64,000 bases of DNA, taken from Malacoraja senta. Its lineage: Eukaryota. The translations under genes and the position numbers were made by a program. Below, piece after piece: positions 51,316 through 62,039 of this stretch. Under the pieces are notes generated by a model. That model was given only the letters and a program-made list of their open reading frames with translations. It did not search any database and had not been told where the DNA came from. The stretch lies in NCBI GenBank assembly GCA_038087875.1, contig CM075980.1:9486001-9550000 (forward strand). The letters run 5' to 3'. Each line of letters opens with the position of its first letter. Positions within the stretch are counted from its first letter, which is position 1.

Positions 51316-53073
51316 GATACGAGGGATGTGATAGTATTGGAGAGAAGGAGAACCATTCGCCAGGACGTTGTCTGGATTGGAGGACATTCAATATGTGGTG
51401 AAATTGGACAGGCTGGACGAAGGCTGAGTGGTAGCCGTTTAGAATATTTAGAGACATAATTAGAATAAATTGTCAAAATCATATTTTCCGGCGAAGAAGT
51501 ATCAAAATAAAGGCAGAGTTTAAATTTAGTCGAAGTTGATCTGATGGGCACGTTTTACATCACAAATTAATTGATGACTAAAACACGCTGCCAGAGGAGA
51601 TGGTAAAGTCGGATCCAATTACTTAGTTTAAGGGGCCTTTACACAGACTTTGAAATTCGCAACGCATGATTATGATAATATTATCCTATGATTATAATTG
51701 TCCTATATTAACTTCATTCATTCATTCATCATCGTTGAAAACATTAGCGACGCAGTGGTGCTGGTTTCCAACCGGAACGGTGACGGACGCACAACACATC
51801 TCTGTCCTCCAGTTCCTGCGGACCTCCGCCGCTGGAAGTATATGATTTGTGTGTGCTTTAGCATCATTCCTTACAATGTTATGTACGACAATGATCGTAA
51901 CCTACTGAAGTGTGGATGGCCGTTGGCTCGCTAGAAACTCAACCACCCTTTGACAGGTCTTGTTTTTGGTCCTGCTGGGGGGTCCACAGCCCTCTCCTCA
52001 CCTAGAAAACCAGGTGGGGAACGGTTTAGTCGCCTACGATCCGGCCATGGAGCAGGTAGCACGGGATTACATGGTACCCGTGGCGAGGGGGACCCCCCTA
52101 CCGACCTGACCTGAAACGCTATGATTATATTATCCACCATCACGCACTCTTCAGACCCAAAACGCTTCAATACTTTACAGGGACATTTGTGAGATTTTAC
52201 TTGGTAACTGCGAATGGAAGATATGTCAACCCATTTGCAGGAACACTTTTGCATAATATTTTATCTCGGTATTTTGATTAGACTTTCTGATTAGACCACA
52301 AAGAATAACTGGAATAACGAGCGATTTTGCCATATGTATTGGTAGAAAACGAACGTGTGGTTATTCAATTATCAGTCTCCCCCATTACATCGATATTACA
52401 AAACGTGTTTTTGTCCTTCAGCACGGCGACTCATTCTCCTCCACTGTCATGGTTAAACGGTTAGCGACTGTGCCTTTTAATTCGGCAAAATACATATTGT
52501 TTCAACAACACGCTGTTGATGAAATCGTGCTATGAAATGTTAGACCATCCTTTAATGCATGTATATAAATACACGGGTTGGTTTACTATTAAAAGGCTTA
52601 ACTATCATTCAAGTAGGACGTAAAATATTGGATAAAAAGTAATACGACAGTGAATGTGGCTCAGAGCCATGTGTTTGTTTTGAAAAACTTTCATTTTATC
52701 TTTTGTATTTTCCTTACAATTATCCACGCACTGTGCGATATATTTATCTGCCTGTCTACTGTCTATTTATTGTTCCCCCGTATTTGGGCTACTGAAGCCC
52801 TTCTATTCCTCAACAGTTGCCGTCTACGACAACCCCGGCCTTGTACATCTCAAATCTCTGCTGTATCTTCTATTCCTCTGCCTTCCTCTGAAGAAGTGTC
52901 TCGACCCGAAACGTCCCCCATTCCTTCCATCCAGGGATACTGCCTGTCCCGCTCAGTTACTCCGGCATTTTGTGTCTACCTTCCCCTATACGTTTGTTTC
53001 TCTCAGCCTTTTGCAGTGAGCGAGCTCTGCAAATATCAGTCTACAATAAACCTATAATTCCGTAATTCTACGT

Positions 53074-53125
53074 CACGTGTTCAGCAATTTGCATAAATAA
53101 TTAAAACCCAGTGACGTTGCGATGT
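53074..53125 (+). promoter_or_regulatory. IgL V promoter: CACGTG (53074-53079), octamer ATTTGCAT (53087-53094), TGACGT
   Basis: Octamer 129 nt upstream of ATG 53216; same conserved block as the other two promoters. Confidence 0.85.
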
Positions 53126-53215
53126 TTCTGAGTTCATAAGGTGCGGACTCCAAAGAGCCGAGCATCAGATTTCTGTCAGAAACATTTCGCTTGGGATCCC
53201 GCACTGTCCTTCGCC

Positions 53216-53264
53216 ATGGCTGAATGGGTTCAGGGACTGACCGTACTGGTGTTATTTCTTCGCA
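53216..53264 (+). CDS. IGLV: IgL leader exon L3 (MAEWVQGLTVLVLFLR)
   Basis: GCCATGG context, 49-nt exon like L1 and L2, donor a|gtgagt, intron ends ttccgacag at 53359. Confidence 0.9.
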
Positions 53265-53359
53265 GTGAGTAGAACACGCAATTCTTAATTCTGTTGTATA
53301 TTCTTACATTGCATAAATGTTTCGAAGAGCTCTGAGCATTCATTTGGTATTTCCGACAG

Positions 53360-53692
53360 CTACAAGCGCGGAGGTGACAGTTACTCAGGGCGCGTCTATC
53401 TCAACATTACCGGGGCAAACCGTCAAGATCACCTGCACCCTGTCAGAAGGCACTTTATCCTACCCGAGCTGGTACTGGCAGAAACCCGAACGCGCTCCAG
53501 TCTTGGTGTGGTATGGAAGCACCAGAGCTTCCGGAATACCTGATCGATTTACCGGTACCATTGACTCGTCGAGAAACCAAATGCAATTAACCATCACCAA
53601 CGTTCAATCGACGGACGCCGCTGATTATCACTGCTTTATGTGGACCGGTAGTAGATATATCTTCGGGACGGGAACCAAACTGAATCTGGGCA
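53360..53692 (+). CDS. IGLV: Germline-joined VJ exon 3 (divergent family member); splices to C4
   Basis: (T)TSAEVTVTQGASISTLPGQTVKITC..WYWQKPERAPVLVW..GIPDRFTG..DYHC-FMWTGSRYI-FGTGTKLNLG, then a|gtaagt. No RSS. Confidence 0.95.
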
Positions 53693-53931
53693 GTAAGTAT
53701 TAACAGAATGCAACCCGTCCTATGTCAATTACCAGCTTTTAATTCTTGTTTTTATCTTTCCATCTCCCTTGCATCTGCGCCCATCTTTTTGATTCATCCA
53801 GTTTACAAAGCGCTGATCAATTTATCGCTGAATCTTTTCACTTTTCAGGGAGGAAAGGCAAATATCACCCAACTTGATAAAATATTTAGTTCAAGTGAAA
53901 AAAAAAAAAAAAACTATATTCAGACAGAACA

Positions 53932-54253
53932 GGGGGCTGAGTGGCGCAGTGTTAGAGTTGCTGCTTTACAGAGCCAGAGACCCGATCTTATCTACGGGCA
54001 GAGTTTGTAAGCTCTCCCTGCGACGTCGCAGGGGTTCCCCGGGTGCTCCGGTTTCCCCCCACGTTCCAAAGACGTGCAGGTTTGCAAGTTACCGAGTTTT
54101 ATCTCATTTGTCCCCAGTGTGTAGAGAGTGGATGAGAAACTGGGTGAACATAGAACTGGTGCGAACGGGTGATCGATGGCCGCCATGCAATCGGTGGACT
54201 GAAGGGCCCGATTCCACGCTGCATCTGTAAATTAAACTAAACTAAACTAAACT
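53932..54253 (+). mobile_element. tRNA-derived V-SINE (HE1-like) in the J-C intron
   Basis: A-box-like gtggcgcagtg, V-domain gggtgctccggtttccccc..ccaaagacgtgcagg, (TAAAC)n tail. Confidence 0.75.
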
Positions 54254-54695
54254 AGTGATCCGTGCAGCGCAATTTGAAAATCTCTACACACATAGTTCAC
54301 AAGATAATAAAAATTGTTGAAGTTTGGAAGGAGTTCCAGGAGCCATTTATTAAGAGACAACCACAACTGCGAGAATTTATCTTTCAAGGCAGACAGAGGA
54401 ATCCAAGGCTAGGGCTGGCAAAGGCCTGATGGGAGATTCGGCAGCAGACAAGTTATGACAGGAGTAAGGAGTCATGAAAGTGGAAATAATAAATGTCTAT
54501 TTTCCCTTATGTACCATTGCCCGATTTCATCTTTTCGCAGATAGGCACAAAATGCTGCGGGTCGGGCAGCATCTTCGGAGAAAAAAAGGTTGGATGACGT
54601 TTTCGGGTCGTCGCCGTCACCCATCCCTTTTTTCCAGAGATGCTGGTTGACCCGCTAAGTTACTCAGCATTTTGTGTCTATCTTTGGTATAAACC

Positions 54696-54945
54696 GTTCA
54701 GTTTAGTTTATTGTCACGTGTCCCGAGGTACAATGAAAAGCTTTTGTTGCGTGCTATCCAGTCAGCGGAAAGACTACATGATTTCAATCGAGCCATTTAC
54801 AGCGGACATGGTAAGGGAATAACGTTTAGTGCAAGGTAAAGCCAGCAAAGTCCGATCAAGGATAGTCCGAGTGTCACCAAAGAAGTAGATAGTAGTTCAG
54901 CACTGCTCTCTGGTTGTGGTAGAATGATTCAATTGCATGATAATG
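54696..54945 (-). mobile_element. LINE 3' end with (TAAAC)-like tail, family unassigned
   Basis: Reverse complement matches the short + strand fragments near 10877-10935, 29815 and 47783 (aacaaaagcttttcactgtacctcggtacac..aataaactaaact). Confidence 0.5.
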
Positions 54946-56204
54946 CGCTTTGCAGCTAAAGTAGTAGTTCTGAAGTTCAGTCACTCTAAAGATGTCGGAA
55001 ACAGTAAAGCGCAGAGATATCTAACAGACAGCAAAAATGAAGGGTGGGGGGAGGGCGTACTTTTCGTCGGTTTTGGATGATAGATAAATATCAGCTTGGC
55101 CATTTTTGACTTCATGTTAAGAATTGCAGCGAATTTAGAGTTGATTCATAGCATAAAGAAGTTGTTTATTGTTTCGTTAGAAAATGGGCGTTTATTGTTT
55201 CGTTAGAAAATGCATATATTTGGTTTCGTGACTCTCTGACCGAGGAGCTGTTTCGGAAAGACAGAATGTAGGTCTGAAAAAAAGGGTGCATAAACGTATC
55301 TGTATCTTCGTGGTGAAATACTTACTCTGTATATTATAGCTCTACGGGAGCGTGGCTGAAATGGTCAGCGGAGTTGAGAAACTGTGGCAGTGATTTGTCC
55401 AGAAACCTCGAAATCAAACTTTATTTTGCCACCCATCAATATTAGTGTAGAAATCCAGACAGAAAGAAGCAAACACAATGGATACTAAATATTGCAGCTT
55501 AGTTACAGGCCGAACAGTTGAAATATATTTCAATTTTGGATCTGTTCCATGTAAATGCACATATCGCCGGATGTCAGATTGAGTGTCAGTCTTGAAACCA
55601 TCCAATACATTACACCGTGGCAGTTTCCACTTTGATTCGTTCTTTTACTTTTTCCATCTATTCAGAGCCTTCTTTTCTGACTTAAACACCGAAATGTTCC
55701 CAATTGCATTCTAAACAGACATAAAAGTGTCTTTGAAGGGAGTCGATAGTTCCAAATATAAAAATTGGATTAGTTTGAATTGTTTTCTTATGTAAAAAAT
55801 CTATAATTCATACATATTACGAAGAGGCTATTTCCCAAACTGTGGTCCGGTATTATTTCCAGAGTTCCAGGCTGTAAAAGTGCAAATTGCATTGATGAAA
55901 TTCGGTGTAGAAAGGAACTGCAGATGCCGGTTTTTATCCCGCCAAAGATGGGCACGGAGTGCTGGAGTAACTCAACGGGTCAGGCAGCATCTCTCGAGAA
56001 AAAGGATGGGTAACGTTTCGGGTCGGGACCGGTTTTAAAGAAGGAACCCGACCCGAAACGTCACCCATCCTTAATGAAATTCTGTTGGACAAACATTGAC
56101 AATTGTTTGCACATTTTCCCATTTGTAGAATAACAGAAGAAAGAGGCAATTTGACGTTGATGTTAATCCCCAATTCACCTTCCTGCACTTGTTTCTATTT
56201 TCAG

Positions 56205-56527
56205 GTCCGCGATCCCCCGCGGTGTCCGTCCTCCCACCTTCGGAGGCCGAAATCTCGGGAAAGAACAGTGCCACTCTGGTGTGTTTGGTGAGCGGGTTTA
56301 ATCCGGGCGTTGTGGACATTGAGTGGACCGTGGACGGCAGTGCGAGAAGCGATGGCGTTGAGACCAGCCGGGTCCAGCAGGAGAAGGACAACACGTTCAG
56401 TGCGAGCAGTTACCTGACTCTGCCAGCCACAGTCTGGAACTCACACGAGCTTTACTCCTGTGTGGTTAAACACGAGGCTCGGGCAGGCCGGCTGCAGGCA
56501 AACATCGCGCGATCCAGCTGCATGTAA
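56205..56527 (+). CDS. IGLC: Ig light chain constant exon C4 (divergent)
   Basis: Acceptor tttctattttcag ends at 56204. PRSPAVSVLPPSEAEISGKNSATLVC..YSCVVKHEARAGRLQANIARSSCM*. Same 323-nt length as C1-C3. Confidence 0.95.
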
Positions 56528-56602
56528 TCCAAGCAATTTGTGTATTCTGTTTTGCTTCCTTAAATCGTTATCATCGTTAGACAATTACAAAAAGTTTTGT
56601 CT

Positions 56603-56608
56603 AATAAA
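56603..56608 (+). terminator. Candidate polyadenylation signal of C4
   Basis: First AATAAA after the C4 stop (76 nt downstream). Confidence 0.6.
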
Positions 56609-57859
56609 GTTTCAATTAGAAAAGTTGTACGTTACGTTGTACGATTCTCACAGTGGATTCATTCAGAAGTTAAAACCATCAATGTATCTTTCTCGCAAAG
56701 TAATAAAACCTCTATTATCACCGGGTCCATATTTCTCCTGTATTTTTCGATATCTCTGACAAAATTAAAAATGTGCTGAATTCACATACATGTTTACGAA
56801 GCTGGTGAGTAATAAGTCGGGCAATGTGTGTTTAAAATGGAGCCCGGTTGATTTCATATCGTGGAAATATGACCATTATCACTAGAACCAGGACACGTGG
56901 TGCATTTACTTAGCTGAAAAATCCATGCAGAGAATAAGGGCAAATTAAGATGCAGCCATATAATGGACGGAAGATGGGCAGATGGAACCAGGGGGTGGGG
57001 GGAACGAGGAGGCTCTGGGAGCATGGACCTAGAGCCGAGGGTTGGGGGAGGGGGGAGCGAATTCGTGGCTCCTAGCAAGAAATCAGACACGTGCAGTCTA
57101 TGAAGCGCTTTTCCTTACGGAGTTTCCCTGCGTATCCACAGTGTTATTATCTGCGTAATGCTCTTTGTTGGTTTGCGTTAATTTCCCCTTCCATACACAG
57201 TGTCTCGTTTTTTTCAGATATACGGCGCGGTTCGCAATTCATTTTCGTTTTCTGCCTTATTCACTAATGGCTCTTCATTTTCCTAGCTTCCACTAAAGGT
57301 CACTACAGGCTCCAGGCTCCCGACATTGGACGTTCCACCCACCGCCACCCTCCACCCCCCCCCCCCCCCAACCCCACACGCTCAGGTCTCCTACCCCTGC
57401 TGATTGCCACCCTCCTGTGAACCCATAACCAATTCCCAGGCCCAACACATACCCGTCTCTCTCTCCCTCTCTCCGCTATCGTCTGACCTCTGCACTCCCA
57501 ACTCCAGGACCATCCTGAACCTTACCACCACGCCCCGCCCCCCCCCCTCCATTAGCGCATTGTGACCCAGCACCTCACCCCAGCTCCAACTTCACTCTTC
57601 CTTTCCCCGATCTCCTCCTCGTTGACACTGCGTGGTCTGTATTCAGCGAAGCATCACGTTCTGCCGCTGCGCCTGCACCTCGGCAAATTCTGGGCCCTTC
57701 AGTATGTCAAGCTCCTCTCCCTACGTTTCAGCTTCTGTGCATATTTATTGGACAAGGAATCCTCATCCTGAACTATGTTTTTTTTTTCTCATGAGCTCAG
57801 AACACCTTTGCATTCGGACATCTCATTAATCCTTTTAACCCCAATTAATCAATAAATGA

Positions 57860-58585
57860 AGAAACAAGACACTGCAGATGCTGGTTTACACAAAAGTACA
57901 CACAGTACTGGAGTAAATCAGTGGGTCGGACAGCATTTCTGGAGAACATAGATAGGCGACGCTTCGGGTCGGGAGCCTTCTGCAGACTGATTGTAGTTGG
58001 AGTGCGGGGGCTGGGAGAGAGGGGAGGTAGACAGAGCGTGGGATGTGACGGATGGACACAAACTAGGGTGGATTTTGATGGGCAGATGATGGAGAGAAAT
58101 AGGTGCGAGTCCCAGGTGGGGTACAGGAGAGGGAGGGGGCGAAACGGGGGAGGGGCAGAACGTATGAGGGGAGGGGTGTTAGAGGTTATCTAAAATTGGA
58201 GAATTCATTAACACTCCCACTTTCTCCCCCACACCGCGCTATCCCTGTGCCTCAGCTAGACGAACACCATTTCTCCCCTCCTCCTCCACCTCTTCCTACA
58301 TTCCTTTCTCTGGCTTCACAATTCGGAAATCTTCAATTCTTCTGTCTCACACCTTTTATTTTAATCTCTGGCCTATATTCCAACCATCTGCCTATCAAAG
58401 ACTCCCTCGCCTGTGTCCACCAGTTACTTGACACGCGTTGTCCTGCCTCTCCTGTCTCCCAGCTTTCTCTACCCACCCCCCTCTACAATCAGTCTGACGA
58501 TGAGTTTCGACCCGTAACGTCACCTATTCATGTTCTCCAGAGATGTTGCCTGACCCGATGAGTTACTCCAGCACTTTGTGTCCTT
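57860..58585. mobile_element. Two Penelope-like terminal fragments in inverted orientation
   Basis: Left arm ..ttcgggtcgggagccttctgcagactgattgtag is the reverse complement of right arm ctacaatcagtctgacgatgagtttcgacccgtaacgtc..; boundaries approximate. Confidence 0.45.
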
Positions 58586-61037
58586 TGATTACAAAAAGAT
58601 TGACGTCATCTGAACAGGAATGTGTAGAGATTTCAGATTGTGGATTTTTATTCAGCTGTTGGTACCTTCGGCATTACACGATCCTTAGGTATTTACTAGA
58701 ATGTAAACTATTCGATATTTCTCATGAAATGAAGAAAACCAATATTTTGGTTTGATCATAAATGGTGGACATATTACAAAATTAAATTCAAATGGCTATT
58801 TACAGACTTTCTTTCTCATATTAGGCATGTATATATCATACCAGATATAAACATTCAATGCAATTACATTGCATTTTCAGCCCATTCTACGTTTTCTTTT
58901 TCTACATTCTGCTTCCCTTCCTCCGTCTCCGTTCAGCTATATCTCTACCTCTGGCTTCACATTTCACTGTTCTTCTCTACTTACCTTACACCCATTGTCA
59001 CTTTTTTTTATCACTGTCCTGTGCCAGTGATATCACGGGCCATCTACCAATCGAAGCCCTTCCATCTGCATCCATCTGTCACTTCGAAGGCCTCCCGCCT
59101 TCGAAGTGACAGATTTGTATAAGCGTAATATCCTTCTTTGATTTAGATGCGGCCATTTCTGACGCAGGGACTCCTATCTGGAACAGTAACTGTTCTCTTT
59201 TCACAGGCGCTGCCTGGCCTGCTGGGTGTTTCCAACATTTTCTGTGTTCATTTCACCATTTTTAACGGTCCATTTATGAGGGCAGATTGCAGATGCACAC
59301 TTTATGTCACGGTAAGATCAAAAGGGCGAAAAGTGATGTAACCGAATTATTAAGGAATTCTAAAAAGATACAGATAAACTATTTCCAGTAACGGTCATCT
59401 AGAAGGGAGAACAATCTAAGAATAGGAGTTCTGTAATTTAGGAGTGAATTTAGCTAACTCGCCTTCATACCATTAGACTGGTAATTTAAACCTGAAAACA
59501 GCATCACCATGACCATGTTTACCCGTGATACCCAACCCAGTAGCAAACACGCCGAATATCCACCCCAGAGAAAGGCTGTGGAAACTTGAGCAATCTAAAC
59601 GTTCTCATTTCTGATTTTTAAAGAGAGGCCAAATTGATTTTTTTTAAATGGGAAATATAGGGAATATTGAGAAGGACGGAAATGGAAAACTAAACTAACA
59701 GAATTTAGAAGAAATAGCGAAAGAGCAAAAACAGCTATGCCAGACCTATTTAATATAAATTATAGCATCCCTCTGTAAGGTGCTCAAGCACATGAGAAAT
59801 TGTTGTATAGGAAATTTGGACGCAAGAATTGCCATTGTTATTAATTTTAGTTGGAAATACCCAGACAGTCTTCCTCTACTGTATAGGAAATCAACCAAGT
59901 TTTGTTTTTTTATGTGTGGTCAATTATTTTCGCCCAGATGGGATTTGTTAATATAATGTCCCATTCACCATTAACTCGTCACCAAAGTAAATCAATACAG
60001 TAACCTGATAGATTACTAACCACTTTAATCAATTACCTCACATTACAGTTATAACATCTTCCCATTAATTGATTTAATGATGCAACTATTTCAAAATGAT
60101 TAGTTTTTATTGATATTGAATACATCTCAATTAAATCACAATTTCATGGTTAGAGTGTGAAAGCAAAATAATGCAGATGCTGGATATCTGAACTAGAAAC
60201 AGCAAAAGTTGGAGGGAAAGAGAGATAACGTGGCAAGTCGGCGACTTGCATCACCATTTTGAGACAGGATCATTGATCAAAATCGTTAAGTCGTTTTCTC
60301 CCCATAGATGCTGCGAGGCCCACGATGAATGTCAAGCGTTCTCTGCTAAATATAGCGTGATTTCAGGATTTCATTAGTAGATCCTCTTTTTGGCTAAACA
60401 CAACCGAAAGCAAATGTATTCGAACATAACGCGATACATTTTTAGATATTAATTTAAGTATCCCGGTTTTAAAACAACAGTAAAAAAAAACACTCAAGTA
60501 CAATGAAATGCAGATGCTGGAAACGTGAGGGAAATCCGGAACATCGCCTATTTCCATCCACAGATGCTGCCTAGCCCGCTGAGTTACTCCAGCACTTTGC
60601 GTTTTGATTAAAGAAATCCGACTTGATGAGGTTAAATGACATACAACGTTATTCGTTACCATGACTTTCGTTGTTTTGTAAATGACATTGACTGCCGCAA
60701 AGGAGTTTCATTTTTAAGTCATCGGCAGTTGTTTCCTTTGTGGATGCTTCACTGGTGATTTCTAGTCTGCATCTTGATGCACTTTGTATCAATCATAATA
60801 AACGCAATGATAACTTTTACTTAACCCGTGCTTTACTATCAAGTTATTGAAAATAATTGTAATCTTAAAATATTTTACATTAATTACATCGTAGCGCAGG
60901 TCATCCTCGGTGACAATATTAGAAGTGTGCGTTAAAACTCGCTGGCGCATTCATGGTTTTGCATCAGCATTAGTGATGTCATTTGTTTTACATTTCCGCA
61001 GGAATTTTCCGCGAAGCGATCGGACGAGGTGAAAGAA

Positions 61038-61310
61038 GGGCGGCACAGTGGCACCGTGATAGAGTTGCTGCCAGAGATCGATCCTGTCTGTACGTTCTCC
61101 CTGTGACCGCGTGAGGTTTGTCCGGGTGCCACGGTTTTCTCCCACACTCCAAAGACCTGCAGGTTTGCAGGTTAATTGGCTTCGGTAAAATTGTAAATTG
61201 TCCCTAGTGTGTAGGATATAACTAGTGTGCGGGTGATCGTCAGTCGGTGCGGACTCGTGAGCGGAAGGGCCTGTTTCCGCGCTGTATCTCTAAAGTCCAA
61301 ACTTCTAAAG
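61038..61310 (+). mobile_element. V-SINE (HE1-like), degenerate
   Basis: gggcggcacagtggc head; gggtgcacggttttctcccacactccaaagacctgcagg V-domain; taaag tail. Confidence 0.7.
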
Positions 61311-61481
61311 TATAAAGAACAGCAACGCAGAATTCCAGCGTGGGCGCATTTGAAACAAGAGGCTTTTTTTCGGCACTGACAAGAACTCACTGAGGGAAAT
61401 CGCGGGTGTTCGGACAAGAGTGCTGATCGGATAAATGGTTTTCAATTGGCTTAGTCGATGGTAGTCCGTGTGAAGACGAAT

Positions 61482-62039
61482 TTATTTTGATGACCGAATG
61501 GCCTCTTCGGAAAGAGCCTCAAATCTCCTCAAAAACCTTATAACGAATATCAGAAGAATAACCTGGATGACGATAAAGACGACCAGTCCAATCTGACAGA
61601 TGAGAACAATGCGACAGTACCAGTCATCACACGTAGCGATCACTTCATCCTCGGTTAAATACAGTATCCGTCTGCTCTGAAGCTCCGCGGGCGAGGAGCA
61701 CGTCAGGTGTTTATACGGGGATCGGTCTTCTTGTTTAAGAAGCCAAGATCTCAGGTATAAAATATTGCAATCGCATGTCCATGGGTTATTGTCCAACGAC
61801 ACAGACCTCAGGTGATGCAGAGTGTCGAAGAGCCCGTTGGGGATGGCAGAGAGTTTGTTGTTGCTCAGTCTGATTTCGGTGATGGTGTTCACAAAGCGCC
61901 TGGGAATCGTACTGACATTCAGCTCCTGACCGCTGCAGTCCACGGAGGTCCCTGTGCAGCTGCACTTTTCTGGACACTGGAAGATAGCCACCGGAAGCAT
62001 GGAAAGAAATACAAGGAAAGTTTCTCGCCGTCTCATCAT
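61482..62039 (-). CDS. GP1BB: Platelet glycoprotein Ib beta chain orthologue (single-LRR type I membrane protein)
   Basis: Signal peptide; LRRNT CPEKCSCTGTSVDC; one LRR (EIRLSNNKLSAIPNGLFD); LRRCT NPWTCDC..LRSWL..RSPYKHLTCSSP..YLTEDEVIATC..YC matching human GP1BB RAPYRDLRC..YLAEDELRAAC..LC; transmembrane helix followed by RFLRR. A splice acceptor (ccatccgcag|) lies 9 nt before the ATG, so an upstream exon exists. Confidence 0.85.
   Translation of the reverse strand: MMRRRETFLVFLSMLPVAIFQCPEKCSCTGTSVDCSGQELNVSTIPRRFVNTITEIRLSNNKLSAIPNGLFDTLHHLRSVSLDNNPWTCDCNILYLRSWLLKQEDRSPYKHLTCSSPAELQSRRILYLTEDEVIATCDDWYCRIVLICQIGLVVFIVIQVILLIFVIRFLRRFEALSEEAIRSSK

Noticed and set aside
57290-57760. C-rich segment with short ORFs downstream of C4
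   Set aside because: No recognisable protein or splice structure; probably decayed repeat.
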